Below, piece after piece: positions 9,840 through 19,011 of a stretch of DNA of 64,000 bases (position 1 is the stretch's first letter; every line of letters starts with the position of its first letter). The translations under genes and the position numbers were made by a program. Under the pieces are notes generated by a model. The model worked only from the letters and a program-made list of their open reading frames with translations. It was not told the DNA's origin and searched no databases. This stretch comes from Deferribacterales bacterium. GTDB lineage: Bacteria > Chrysiogenota > Deferribacteres > Deferribacterales > Geovibrionaceae. The stretch is taken from assembly GCA_050251875.1 (NCBI GenBank), contig JBFWMA010000004.1, positions 160,001-224,000 of the forward strand, read 5' to 3'.

Positions 9840-10905
9840 TTTCTTTCAGCACCATTCTGCCGTCTTTTATGTCTATTTTTTTATAGCCTTTAGAGTCTTT
9901 TTCCAGCTCAGCGTAGAGAGGCTTTCCGAAAAACATGGTGAGAATCTCGTCCGCTTTTTTTACAGGGTCTATGTTTTTATAATTCTGAGGATACGCCGCC
10001 TTAGCCATCAGAAAGGCGTTGGCGAACATCAGCTCCGGATTGACAAAATATGACGTATCCGGCACCACCAGATAGACCTTTCCGGATGAAAAAGCCTTGA
10101 GTCTGGCGTAATACGCCGGATTGGACGCTATGTCTTCCTCCACCAGAGGCAGGCTGTTTCCGTCTATGAAAATCATTTCCGGATTAGACGCCAGAACAAA
10201 TTCTTTGCTGACGAATATCTGTCCCTTCTTGCCTGTGGTGTCAGCGGCGTTTGTGATATCCGCCATTTTGAAGGGGATAAAGTCAGCCGATGTGCTGTCC
10301 AGCCCGTGAAATCCTTTGAATGATATTCCGCCGATATAAGCCTTAACCTGTTTTTCAGGAGCGCTGTCCAGATCTTTCAGCAGGCGGTCGATGTATCCTA
10401 CCAGCTCTTCCGCTCTTTTTTCCTTTTTCAGCACTTTCGCCGTAACCCTGATGGAGTCGTAGAATGTGATTATGTCGAAGGCAGGCAGACCGTAGCTTAA
10501 GCCCACCACGGGGATATTCAGCTTGCGCTGGAGCATTTCTGCCTCCGCCTTGTCCAGACTGTTCAGAAAGACCACGTCCGGTTTCACCCTGATTACCTGC
10601 TCCGGCATCACCATCCTTCCGGGACCGCCCTTAGCGACCACTGGCAAATCTTTTACCAGCTCTCTGTTCAGGTAAATGTATGGTTTTACGAATTTTTCCC
10701 GTTTGTCAAAATCCTCAACGCCCACCACCATATTCTGGCAGTTCAGATAGCTCACGAAAGCCATGCTGCTTCCCAGCGCCACTATTCTGTTTATCTTGTC
10801 CGGCACTTCCACCTTTCTGCCCAGAGCATCGGTGACAACTGCCGCCTGTGCGCAGACCGCCGTCAGCAGGAGCGCCATGATTATTATCAGTTTTGATTTT
10901 CCCAT
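9826..10905 (-). CDS. Periplasmic metal-chelate binding protein (FecB/BtuF-like)
   Basis: Signal peptide; VTDALGRKVEVP..INRIV start typical of periplasmic binding protein 2; in operon with the permease and ATPase. Confidence 0.88.
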   Translation of the reverse strand: MGKSKLIIIMALLLTAVCAQAAVVTDALGRKVEVPDKINRIVALGSSMAFVSYLNCQNMVVGVEDFDKREKFVKPYIYLNRELVKDLPVVAKGGPGRMVMPEQVIRVKPDVVFLNSLDKAEAEMLQRKLNIPVVGLSYGLPAFDIITFYDSIRVTAKVLKKEKRAEELVGYIDRLLKDLDSAPEKQVKAYIGGISFKGFHGLDSTSADFIPFKMADITNAADTTGKKGQIFVSKEFVLASNPEMIFIDGNSLPLVEEDIASNPAYYARLKAFSSGKVYLVVPDTSYFVNPELMFANAFLMAKAAYPQNYKNIDPVKKADEILTMFFGKPLYAELEKDSKGYKKIDIKDGRMVLKEIEKK

Positions 10906-11651
10906 ACGATTACCTCTATTCTGTATTTGACTTTATCCGTGAATTTTCCTTTGCCGTCAGAGAAAACGCCTATGTGTTTTCTGATTGTCTCTCTGTCCGG
11001 GTCGATGCGGTATGTGGAGAGCATGGCGTGGCTGTTGTGCACCAGCTCGTCTTCCGTTCTCATTGTCAGCCATTCGCCGTCCACAGTTTTTGAGCGGAAG
11101 GCGTAGCCGTTCTTTGTGAGCCATTCTTTCATTCTGGCGGCATCGTTGAACTCTCTCTGTGATATGCCGAACACAGGATAGAGAGCGTTAAGAACGTCTG
11201 ATTCCATCACGCCGCCGAATCCCATGTAGATTATCTGTCCTCTGGAATAGTCAGTCAGCTTCTGTCTGGCGCTGTCGCTGTGTGCGGCGGGAGTCATGGA
11301 GCAGAAGACTATGTCGAACCGCTCGTCCGAGTGAAAATCTTTCCAGTCGCTCAGCACGGGGATTATGTTTGATATCCCCAGAGACTCAGCGTCCATCATC
11401 AGTATGTCCAGCATGGTTTCAGATATGTCGGAGGCGGTCACTTTCTGCGCCTCTCTCGCCAGACGGATGGTATACATTCCGCTTCCGCATCCCACATCCA
11501 GCAGGGTTCTGTCTTTGAAATCCACACCCAGATTCCTGATATTATTAAGCATTTTTGCTTCGTAGTTGTTCTCTCCCTCTTCGAACCGGGGAAAGACCGC
11601 AGCTTTACTGTTCCAGAACTTCTGCTGTTCCTCTTTGGTCAGGTGGTTCAT
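10887..11651 (-). CDS. Class I SAM-dependent methyltransferase
   Basis: LDVGCGSG motif I, DISETML; start moved to ATG 11651 (GAGG RBS upstream). Confidence 0.88.
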   Translation of the reverse strand: MNHLTKEEQQKFWNSKAAVFPRFEEGENNYEAKMLNNIRNLGVDFKDRTLLDVGCGSGMYTIRLAREAQKVTASDISETMLDILMMDAESLGISNIIPVLSDWKDFHSDERFDIVFCSMTPAAHSDSARQKLTDYSRGQIIYMGFGGVMESDVLNALYPVFGISQREFNDAARMKEWLTKNGYAFRSKTVDGEWLTMRTEDELVHNSHAMLSTYRIDPDRETIRKHIGVFSDGKGKFTDKVKYRIEVIVWENQN

Positions 11652-11794
11652 CGCTACCTCGTATAAAAAAGATGTTACGCATAGACGGGTTAAATGAAAT
11701 GATATCGGTTGAATGACAAAGATTAACATCATATGTCGGTTAAGTCAACGCAATAGTAATACTATTTATGATAAATTATTACCGAATGGGCAAT

Positions 11795-11818
11795 AAAAAG
11801 CCCCTCGAAAGAGGGGCT
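11795..11818 (-). terminator. Intrinsic terminator downstream of the usp gene
   Basis: AGCCCCTC-GAAA-GAGGGGCT hairpin followed by a T-run on the minus strand. Confidence 0.85.
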
Positions 11819-11841
11819 GTGGATTTAATAATAGTTTGCTG

Positions 11842-12297
11842 TTATTCAGCTTTTTTGCGGACAGAGAGAACAGGGCAAGGAGCCTTGCGCACAACTTTCT
11901 CCGCTGTGGAGCCGAACAGAACGTGTTCGAAGCCTGTGCGTCCGTGTGTGCCGATAACTATAAGGTCTGTGCCTGATTCCTGAGCGTGTTTCACTATCTC
12001 CTCATCGGCGATGCCCTTCACCATGCTGTAGGTGTATTTAACGCCGTCAAGCACCTTTGATTCTTTGATAAACTCTTCCAGCTTGTTCTTAGCTCCGTCC
12101 TCCATATCTTTGGACAGGTTCTGAACAGTGATCTGGGGCAGATAAAAAGACACCAGCTGGGATTCATCCAGCATAACGTGGAGAAGCTCCAGTTCGGCGT
12201 CAAACATCTTCGCCATTTCAGCCGCATAGTTCAGTGCATAGGCTGAAGGGTCGGAGAAGTCTGTGGGGTATAATATTTTTTTAATGTCTATTAACAT
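11842..12297 (-). CDS. Universal stress protein (UspA family)
   Basis: ILYPTDFS, DLIVIGTHGRTG, LFGSTAEKVVRKAPCPVL; start ATG 12297 with GGAGG RBS. Confidence 0.95.
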   Translation of the reverse strand: MLIDIKKILYPTDFSDPSAYALNYAAEMAKMFDAELELLHVMLDESQLVSFYLPQITVQNLSKDMEDGAKNKLEEFIKESKVLDGVKYTYSMVKGIADEEIVKHAQESGTDLIVIGTHGRTGFEHVLFGSTAEKVVRKAPCPVLSVRKKAE

Positions 12298-12313
12298 ATA
12301 AGCCTCCCGGGCA

Positions 12314-12682
12314 TCATATTTTTTTATTGAGCACTTTTTCGATGAGTTCCAGAAGCTGTGAAACGTTATAGGGTTTATACAGCACATCTATGGCGCCCAT
12401 CTGAAAAGCGCTGAGCATATTTTCTATCTGATCGTGTCCGGTTATCACTATCACCGGAACTTCCGAGCCGTCTTCATTGAGCGAATAGAGAAAGTGTATT
12501 CCGTCAGAAACGGGCATAACCAGATCGGTAACGATAAGGTCATATTCTGTCTCCTCCGCCTTGTCTCTGGCAAAGAGTCCGTTCTCGGCGGTCTCCACCT
12601 CGTAGCCTTCCGATTCCAGTATCTCTTTTAAGGCAAAGAGTTCGTCTTCGCTGTCATCCGCCAATAAAATTTTATAAGCCAT
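12314..12682 (-). CDS. Single-domain response regulator (receiver only)
   Basis: LADD, TDLVMP..DG, ITG, KP motifs. Confidence 0.92.
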   Translation of the reverse strand: MAYKILLADDSEDELFALKEILESEGYEVETAENGLFARDKAEETEYDLIVTDLVMPVSDGIHFLYSLNEDGSEVPVIVITGHDQIENMLSAFQMGAIDVLYKPYNVSQLLELIEKVLNKKI

Positions 12683-13526
12683 TCTCTTCACTCTTAAATA
12701 GTTGTGTGTAGTTCTCTTCTAATTGTACCGCAGTTTCGTATAAATTCACGCCTTTTATTGTGGAAATTTCGAGGGCGTTATAGACGGTGTTGGCCGGCTC
12801 ATTTGTCTTGCCCCTGAAAGGCATAGGCGAAAGATAGGGGCTGTCTGTTTCCGTCAGCAGTCTGTCCATGGGGACGTACTGTAATGTGTCTCTGAGCTCC
12901 TGTGATTTGTTGTATGTCACGGGTCCGGCGTATGATATGTAGAATCCGTTGTCCAGCGCCCAGCGCAGGAGCGGTATGTCTCCGCTGAAACAGTGGATGA
13001 TGCCGTTTCTCTCTCTGCCTCTGATGACGGAATCCATCACCGCCACGCAGTCCTCGGCTGAGTCTCTGTTGTGTATCACCACGGGTTTTTTGTGCTCTGC
13101 TGCCAGCTCCAGAAAGCTCCTGAATACGTTCATCTGAACGTCTCTGGGGGACAGATCATAGTAGTAGTCCAGACCGATCTCTCCAATTGCCAGACACTTA
13201 GGATGACTTATCAGTTCACTGAACTGTGACATGTCTCCGGAAAAATCCTTAGCGTCATGGGGGTGAACTCCGGCGGCGAAGTATACGTTATCGTATTTTT
13301 CCGCCATCAGCTTAGCCTGTGCGGAATCCTCCAAGTCGGTGCCGATGGTGATTATGCGCCTGACGAGATTGTCATGGGCTCTTTTCAGAACACCGTCAGT
13401 GTCTTCCGTGAGAGGGGGCATGTGGATATGAGCGTGGGAATCGGTGAAGAAAGCGCCTTTTTCCCCCAGCTCTTTCAGTTCATTCAAAAAATCCTGATGC
13501 GCCTGATTTCCTGCTTTCGATATCAT
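12672..13526 (-). CDS. tatD: TatD-family deoxyribonuclease
   Basis: DSHAH, GVHPH, GEIGLDY, IHNRD, IHCFSG, ETDSPYL. Confidence 0.95.
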   Translation of the reverse strand: MISKAGNQAHQDFLNELKELGEKGAFFTDSHAHIHMPPLTEDTDGVLKRAHDNLVRRIITIGTDLEDSAQAKLMAEKYDNVYFAAGVHPHDAKDFSGDMSQFSELISHPKCLAIGEIGLDYYYDLSPRDVQMNVFRSFLELAAEHKKPVVIHNRDSAEDCVAVMDSVIRGRERNGIIHCFSGDIPLLRWALDNGFYISYAGPVTYNKSQELRDTLQYVPMDRLLTETDSPYLSPMPFRGKTNEPANTVYNALEISTIKGVNLYETAVQLEENYTQLFKSEENGL

Positions 13527-13538
13527 CCAGAAACCTTT

Positions 13539-13568
13539 AAAAAAGTACGGCGGCTATGAAAGCCGCCG
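13539..13568 (-). terminator. Probable terminator or attenuator hairpin between metG and tatD
   Basis: CGGCGGCT-N5-AGCCGCCG stem followed by TACTTTTTT on the minus strand. Confidence 0.6.
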
Positions 13569-13574
13569 CCGTTG

Positions 13575-15518
13575 TTATTTTATTATTGTGCCTGCTTCCA
13601 CACTGTCCGGAAGTTCCAGAACGATGTGTTTGTCTCCCTGAGTAGCCGCCAGAATCATTCCTTCAGACATTATGCCCATCAGTTTTGCGGGTTTCAGGTT
13701 TGCCACCACGCATACTGTCTTTCCGACCATATCTTCCGCTGAATAGCTTTTCGCTATGCCGGATACCACCTGACGGGTTTCTCCGCCCAGATCTATCTGG
13801 AGTTTCAGCAGTTTATCGGATTTTTCAACTTTTTCTGCGGAAACGACTTTTGCCGCTTTCAGCACCATTTTGGTGAAATAGGCGAAGTCGATAGGCTCTG
13901 CCGCGGCGTCTTCCGCTTTTTTCTCTTCTTTGGCGGGTTTAGCCGGAGCGAGAGATTCCAGCATCTCTTTCTCGTCTATTCTGGGGAAAAGCTGAACAGC
14001 CTCGCCCAGTTTTTGTCCTGATTCCAGCTTGCGCACGGCTTTCAGGTTTTTTTCGTCCACTTTGTTTATGTCCAGCTTGGTGTTGAGCTGTTTTCTGATG
14101 CTCTCGGATGTCTCGGGGATGAAGGGGTAGAGCAGCAGAGACACCAGACGGATACCGTCCAGCACGCTGTAGAGTACGGAACCGAGTCTGTCTCTGTTCG
14201 CTTCGTCCTTCGCCAGAGCCCAGGGCGCTGTATCGTCTATGTATTTGTTCAGCCCGCTCACCAGCTCCCACAGGCTGGAGAGAGCCTTGTTGAAAGCCAG
14301 ATTGGTGAGGTGGGTGTCCACCTCGTCAAAAACTTTGTCTATCAGCGCTTCCAGAGCTGTGTCCAGCTCGCCGGAAACTGTATATGCCGGCACTGTGCCG
14401 TCAAAATATCTGTTAACCATACCCATGGTGCGGTTCAGCAGGTTGCCCAGGTCGTTCGCCAGATCTCCGTTGATGCGGTGTATCAGTCCTTTGAACGAGA
14501 AGTCGCCGTCCAGACCGAAAGGAACCTCACGCAGGAGGAAATATCTGATGGCGTCCACGCCGAATTTTTCCACCAGCCAGTTGGGGTCTATGGCGTTGCC
14601 CATGGATTTCGACATCTTCTGACCTTCCACAGTCCACCAGCCGTGGGCGAAAACGCTCTGGGGCAGGGGAAGTCCGGCGCTCAGGAGCATTGTGGGCCAG
14701 TATACGGTGTGAAATCTGAGAATGTCTTTACCGACAACATGATAGTCCGCCGGCCAATATTTTTCCATATCGGGACAGTGCTCGCCCTCTGTGCCGTAGT
14801 TCAGAGCGGCGATATAGTTTGTCAGGGCGTCCAGCCATACATAGATGACATGGTCTTCGTCACCGGGAACGGGTATGCCCCATTTGAATGTCACACGGGA
14901 CACGGAGAGGTCACGCAGTCCTTCTCTCAGGAAGGAGAGGATCTCGTTTCTCTTTGATTCGGGGCGGATAAAATCTTTATTGTCTTCGATATGCTTCATC
15001 AGCGTATCGGCGTATTTGCTCATTTTGAAGAAATAGCTGGGCTCTTTCAGCTTGGCTGTTTCACGTCCGCATGAGGGACAGCAGTTGCCGTCCAGAAGCT
15101 GTGTCTCGGTCAGATATGTTTCGCACGGGGTGCAGTACCATCCCTCGTAATGACCGAGGTATATGTCGCCTTTATCCTTCATGGTGTTGAAGATTTTGCG
15201 AACGGCCTCTTTGTGTTTCTCGTCTGTGGTGCGGATGAATCTGTCGTTGGAAATGTTCAGAGTCTTCCACAGGCTCTGATAGCGTGTCACAACCTCATCG
15301 GCGAGCTGTTTGGGTGTGATTCCCCTTTTTTGCGCCGCCTGCTCGATCTTCTGTCCGTGTTCGTCTGTTCCGGTCAGAAAGCACACGTCATAACCGCAGA
15401 GCCTTTTATATCTGCTGACTGTGTCGCACGCCACCGTGGTGTATGCGTGACCTATGTGGGGCACGTCATTCACATAATAGATGGGTGTGGTGATATAAAA
15501 TGTTCTGTCGTTTTTCAT
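13575..15518 (-). CDS. metG: Methionine--tRNA ligase with C-terminal tRNA-binding domain
   Basis: HIGH and KMSKS motifs, Zn-knuckle cysteines, C-terminal OB-fold. Confidence 0.97.
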   Translation of the reverse strand: MKNDRTFYITTPIYYVNDVPHIGHAYTTVACDTVSRYKRLCGYDVCFLTGTDEHGQKIEQAAQKRGITPKQLADEVVTRYQSLWKTLNISNDRFIRTTDEKHKEAVRKIFNTMKDKGDIYLGHYEGWYCTPCETYLTETQLLDGNCCPSCGRETAKLKEPSYFFKMSKYADTLMKHIEDNKDFIRPESKRNEILSFLREGLRDLSVSRVTFKWGIPVPGDEDHVIYVWLDALTNYIAALNYGTEGEHCPDMEKYWPADYHVVGKDILRFHTVYWPTMLLSAGLPLPQSVFAHGWWTVEGQKMSKSMGNAIDPNWLVEKFGVDAIRYFLLREVPFGLDGDFSFKGLIHRINGDLANDLGNLLNRTMGMVNRYFDGTVPAYTVSGELDTALEALIDKVFDEVDTHLTNLAFNKALSSLWELVSGLNKYIDDTAPWALAKDEANRDRLGSVLYSVLDGIRLVSLLLYPFIPETSESIRKQLNTKLDINKVDEKNLKAVRKLESGQKLGEAVQLFPRIDEKEMLESLAPAKPAKEEKKAEDAAAEPIDFAYFTKMVLKAAKVVSAEKVEKSDKLLKLQIDLGGETRQVVSGIAKSYSAEDMVGKTVCVVANLKPAKLMGIMSEGMILAATQGDKHIVLELPDSVEAGTIIK

Positions 15519-16264
15519 ATATCTCCTCCGGAATGGTCGTCCAGCAGGTCTTTCAGCCTCACCATGTCGTCACCGCTCATCATCTCCTCTTTCATGCATC
15601 CGGAACAGGAGACGATGTCGCCGTCATATGCCTCTTTTTCGTACATCAGACAGCACATGAGCCTTCCGCACACCCCGGAAATCTTTGTGGGGTTGAGGAT
15701 AAGGTTCTGGTCTTTCGCCATTTTTATGGATATGTTATCAAATTTTCTTAAAAAGGTGGAACAGCAGAATTCTTTTCCGCAGAGACCGAATCCGCCTATC
15801 ATCTTGGTGGCGTCACGCACGCCCACCTGGCGCATCTCTATGCGTGTGCGGAACACTCTGGCGAGGTCACGCACCAGCTGGCGGAAGTCGATCCGTCCGT
15901 CAGCGGTGAAAAAGAATGTGAGCTTGCTTCTGTCCAGAGTATATTCAGCCTTCAGCAGTTTCATGTCCAGATTATGCTGAACAACCAGCTTGCGGCATTC
16001 CTCGAAAGCGGCGGGCTCTTCCGCCATGTTCTGTTTTTTCAGGTCATGGTCCTGCTGAGTCGCCTTGCGGATGACGTTTTTCATCTCCGCTTTTTCGTCC
16101 ACTTCTATGTCACGGGGTCCGAGGATCACGTTTGCCATATCCTCGCCTTTTTCTGTTTCCACTATAACTTTATCGCCGAACTGCGCCACAACGCCGCAGG
16201 AGAGAAAATCATATATCTTGCCGGCGGGCTTGAAAGCCACGCCAATGGCATTAACTTTTTTCAC
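15515..16264 (-). CDS. ricT: PSP1 C-terminal domain protein (RicT/YaaT family)
   Basis: FTADGRIDFRQLV, RIEMRQVGVRD, CGKEFCCS, ISGVCGRLMCCL; GTG start at 16264 with GAGG RBS. Confidence 0.9.
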   Translation of the reverse strand: MKKVNAIGVAFKPAGKIYDFLSCGVVAQFGDKVIVETEKGEDMANVILGPRDIEVDEKAEMKNVIRKATQQDHDLKKQNMAEEPAAFEECRKLVVQHNLDMKLLKAEYTLDRSKLTFFFTADGRIDFRQLVRDLARVFRTRIEMRQVGVRDATKMIGGFGLCGKEFCCSTFLRKFDNISIKMAKDQNLILNPTKISGVCGRLMCCLMYEKEAYDGDIVSCSGCMKEEMMSGDDMVRLKDLLDDHSGGDI

Positions 16265-17129
16265 TAAGTACCTCAATAGTTTTTATATACAGGTCGAGCC
16301 TGAACATGTCTAAACTGACATTATACTCAAGCCTCTTTAAAATATCCAGTAAATAGTTGGAGAAATCAAGAAGAGTCTCCGAACCGGTTTTTTTATATTT
16401 TTCAAGCAGATGAGAGTAGAGCGAGGCGACATATGTCTTTATGGCGTCTTTGGTGTCCAGAGACGCTATCTCTTCATACAGCTCGGTTTTTGAGCGGATT
16501 CCGGTGAACAGGCTCTGTTTGTCTGTGTCAGACAGGATGTTCAGCGCCGCTCCGGCGGAACCTGACGCTGTTTTCACGGCATGGGCTGTTTCCTCATCCG
16601 GTTTTTCGGTGTGCTGTCTGACTATCTCCGTCACCTCTTCAGCGGACAGCAGTCCGAAGCCGATGTTCACGCATCTGGAACGGATGGTGTGCAGAACCTG
16701 CGAATAGCGGGATGTTATCAGAAAGAAATAAGTATCAGAAGGCGGTTCCTCCAGAGTTTTCAGAAGAGCGTTAGCCGCCTGAAGCCCGAAAGAATCTGCG
16801 TTGTCTATGATATAGACTTTCTTTTTGGCGGACATGGGGCTCATGAAAGCCTCCTGGTTTATCTGTCTCGCCGTGTCTATCTTCAGAGGTGTTTCCTCTA
16901 TGATGTGTATGTCGGGATGCTCGGAATTGAGAATATTTACGCAGTGACGGCACGGACAGTCCGTCAGAAAAGAACCGTTTTCGCAGAGAAGCGCTCTGGC
17001 TGTCTCTTTTGCGAACAGTTTTTTCCCGATGCCTTCACGCCCGCTGAGGATATATGCGTGGTGAAGCCTGTTTTCGGCTATTATGCGTGAGAATATCTCT
17101 TTTTCGCGGCTGTGCCCTATTAGTTTCAT
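16251..17129 (-). CDS. holB: DNA polymerase III delta' subunit
   Basis: HHAYILSG..GIGK, Zn cysteines, HPD, AANALLKTLEEPP, TIRSRC; start ATG 17129 overlaps the tmk stop. Confidence 0.92.
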   Translation of the reverse strand: MKLIGHSREKEIFSRIIAENRLHHAYILSGREGIGKKLFAKETARALLCENGSFLTDCPCRHCVNILNSEHPDIHIIEETPLKIDTARQINQEAFMSPMSAKKKVYIIDNADSFGLQAANALLKTLEEPPSDTYFFLITSRYSQVLHTIRSRCVNIGFGLLSAEEVTEIVRQHTEKPDEETAHAVKTASGSAGAALNILSDTDKQSLFTGIRSKTELYEEIASLDTKDAIKTYVASLYSHLLEKYKKTGSETLLDFSNYLLDILKRLEYNVSLDMFRLDLYIKTIEVLSEKS

Positions 17130-17761
17130 ACGAAATTGTCCAGAATATCCATCACATCGCTGAGAACTTTCTCTTTCTCCTGCATGCCGTTTATCACCCA
17201 AGTGTTCGGGTGGGTATCCACATACCATTTGAATCCGTTATGCACCTTGTCGAAAAAATCTACGCCCAGCGACTCGAATTTTCCCTCGTCCTGCATCTTG
17301 TTGTCCCTGCGCAGTCTGTCCAGAGCTCTGGACAGGGCTGTCTGCGGGTCTATGTCAATGATGAAGGTGATGTCCGGCATCTTTACCACGCTGTATTTCG
17401 TGAGAAAATCCAGCAGGTTTTTGTCCAGCCCCCTTCCGAAAATCTGATAGGCATAGGTGGATGACATGAATCTGTCGGAGATCACGTCACGTCCGGACTG
17501 AATGTTCGGTATAACCAGTTTGGTCTGGTGTTCCAGTCTGTCGGCGCAGTAGAGCATCAGCTCCGTTTCCGGCTCCAGATCGAACTTCTGATTTACCAGG
17601 AGCTGACGCAGGAGCATTCCCACCTCTGTGCCTCCGGGCTCACGGGTGAGCTTCACCCGTCTTTTCATACGGGTCATCTCGGCGTACATCCCCTGTGCCA
17701 GTGTGGTTTTGCCGCAGCCGTCTATGCCGTCCAGCGCTATAAAAAGCGGATAATCTTTCAC
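17126..17761 (-). CDS. tmk: Thymidylate kinase
   Basis: DGIDGCGKTT P-loop, TREPGGT, SDRF, AYQ. Confidence 0.95.
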   Translation of the reverse strand: MKDYPLFIALDGIDGCGKTTLAQGMYAEMTRMKRRVKLTREPGGTEVGMLLRQLLVNQKFDLEPETELMLYCADRLEHQTKLVIPNIQSGRDVISDRFMSSTYAYQIFGRGLDKNLLDFLTKYSVVKMPDITFIIDIDPQTALSRALDRLRRDNKMQDEGKFESLGVDFFDKVHNGFKWYVDTHPNTWVINGMQEKEKVLSDVMDILDNFV

Positions 17762-18684
17762 CTTGCGCAGTCCTTGTCGCTGCCTTGCAGTTTTTCTATG
17801 CAGTGGGACAGCGAATCTATTATTACTTCCAGATTCTCCACGGCTCCTTTCGGGCTTCCGGGGAGATTTACTATCATGCTTCTGCCTCTGGCGCCTGTCA
17901 CGGCACGGCTGATGAGGGCTCTGTTGGTCTTTTTGAAGCTCTCCATGCGCATGGCCTCTTCATATCCGGGGATGCGCTTGTCTATCACGTTCAGTGTGGC
18001 GTCCGGCGCTATGTCTCTGGGGGACACGCCTGTGGAGCCGTTGGTTATTATCAGGTCGAATTTCTGGCTGTCTGCCAGATATTTCAGAGTGTTTTCCAGC
18101 TGATCCTGTTCGTCCGCCAGCATCTCCATCCGGATGAAGCATGGGTTCAGGCGCTCTGTTATCAGCTTTGCCACGGCGGGTCCGGATTCGTCCACACGCT
18201 CACCCCTGCTTCCCTTGTCGCTGAGTGTCACCACACAGACTGACAGTCCGCTTTTAGGCGTCATGATTATCTCGTCTCCGGCGTGTATCTCGCCGTCTCC
18301 CTTTACCACGGCGAAAATGCCCTCTCTGGGCATCACGCAGTCACCGGCGGCGTAGTAGATGGCGCATTTATGATGGCACAGCTTGCCCAGCTGGCTGATT
18401 ATCAGCTCCGTGCCGTTTATTGTCAGCTTGTCGCCCACTATGAGGTCCGTCAGGACTATCCCCTCTGTGGTGATGTTTTCGGCGAAGTCGCCCTGTGTAA
18501 CATCCAGACCCTTGTCCTTCATGGTCTGTATGCTTTCGCTGGCGAGCAGACTCACCTGTCTGTGCCATTTTCCGGCGTGCGCGTCATTTTTTATGCCGAA
18601 ATCGTTCACCAGGGTCACACTTTCTGCCGATGTCTTTTTTGTGCCCTTTTCCCGGCTTACGTTCAGGCTCAATATCTTAGCCAT
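17758..18684 (-). CDS. MOSC domain / molybdopterin adenylyltransferase (MogA/MoaB) fusion
   Basis: N-terminal DAHAGKWHRQVSLL, GDFAENIT, CHHKCAIY..DCVMPREG; C-terminal TLSD, D.SG, GSTG..PRD, NLPGSPK. Confidence 0.9.
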   Translation of the reverse strand: MAKILSLNVSREKGTKKTSAESVTLVNDFGIKNDAHAGKWHRQVSLLASESIQTMKDKGLDVTQGDFAENITTEGIVLTDLIVGDKLTINGTELIISQLGKLCHHKCAIYYAAGDCVMPREGIFAVVKGDGEIHAGDEIIMTPKSGLSVCVVTLSDKGSRGERVDESGPAVAKLITERLNPCFIRMEMLADEQDQLENTLKYLADSQKFDLIITNGSTGVSPRDIAPDATLNVIDKRIPGYEEAMRMESFKKTNRALISRAVTGARGRSMIVNLPGSPKGAVENLEVIIDSLSHCIEKLQGSDKDCAR

Positions 18685-18807
18685 AATCTCCCCTGTCTGG
18701 AAAAAAATTAAATGGATGTTTGGTATTGCAAAAATATAAGAAATGACGAAAATTGTCAATAAATGCGGTTATATTTAAGTCCGCGCAATTTTATTTCGGA
18801 GGCGAAA

Positions 18808-19011
18808 ATGCAGGAAAAAGTTTTTAACGTACAAGGGATGAAATGCAAACACTGTGTAATGAGTGTTACCGAGGCGGTAGAAGAGCTCGATGGAGTGGAA
18901 TCAGTCTCCGTTGATCTGGAAAAAAAGACTGCGACAGTAAAGTTTAACGATTCCGTTTCTGAAACGGACATCATAAACGCAATCAAAGAAGAGGGCTTTC
19001 AGGCTTCATGA
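18808..19011 (+). CDS. copZ: Heavy-metal-associated (CopZ-like) chaperone
   Basis: GMKCKHC motif, 67 aa, GGAGG RBS before ATG 18808. Confidence 0.85.
   Translation: MQEKVFNVQGMKCKHCVMSVTEAVEELDGVESVSVDLEKKTATVKFNDSVSETDIINAIKEEGFQAS

Noticed and set aside
11652..11790. Cobalamin riboswitch, Fur or NikR site upstream of the methyltransferase-ABC operon
   Set aside because: No B12-box; ATGTTA-N13-TAAATG is only a weak partial match to a NikR-type repeat.
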